Source: Octopus bimaculoides (lineage: Eukaryota). Taken from it: a DNA stretch of 47,410 nucleotides. The notes under the pieces are model-generated. The model saw only the letters and a program-made list of their open reading frames with translations, was not told where the DNA came from and did not search any database. Each line of letters opens with the position of its first letter. Positions within the stretch are counted from its first letter, which is position 1. The stretch is taken from positions 4,393,055 through 4,440,464 of the forward strand of contig NC_068984.1 of NCBI RefSeq assembly GCF_001194135.2. The letters run 5' to 3'. The translations under genes were made by a program, and so were the position numbers. Of the stretch, positions 47,358 through 47,410 are shown in pieces.

Positions 47358-47410
<53 letters not shown>

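Overview
Repeat-dense, AT-rich eukaryotic draft-assembly DNA with about 20 N-gaps. The repeat content looks like octopus (coleoid cephalopod) DNA; this is inferred from the SINE families and microsatellite load, not proven. I recognise no intact host protein-coding gene. Almost all ORFs in the track are microsatellite or N-gap artefacts, and only weak candidate exons exist. Recognisable coding remnants are all from transposable elements: a near full-length mariner (4631-5909, TA TSD) nested in a CR1-like RT, two more CR1-like fragments, a HERO-like RT fragment, an R4/Dong-like RLE tail and a small mariner derivative. Many tRNA-headed SINEs are present, in at least three head types with swappable tails (my working labels are A1/A2/A3, B and C). 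The most interesting signal is a recurring architecture of foldback (inverted-repeat) elements whose arms read outward through hammerhead-ribozyme-like motifs. The largest is a ~2.7 kb palindrome (28273-31007) with ~500 bp arms enclosing an internal HERO-RT fragment.
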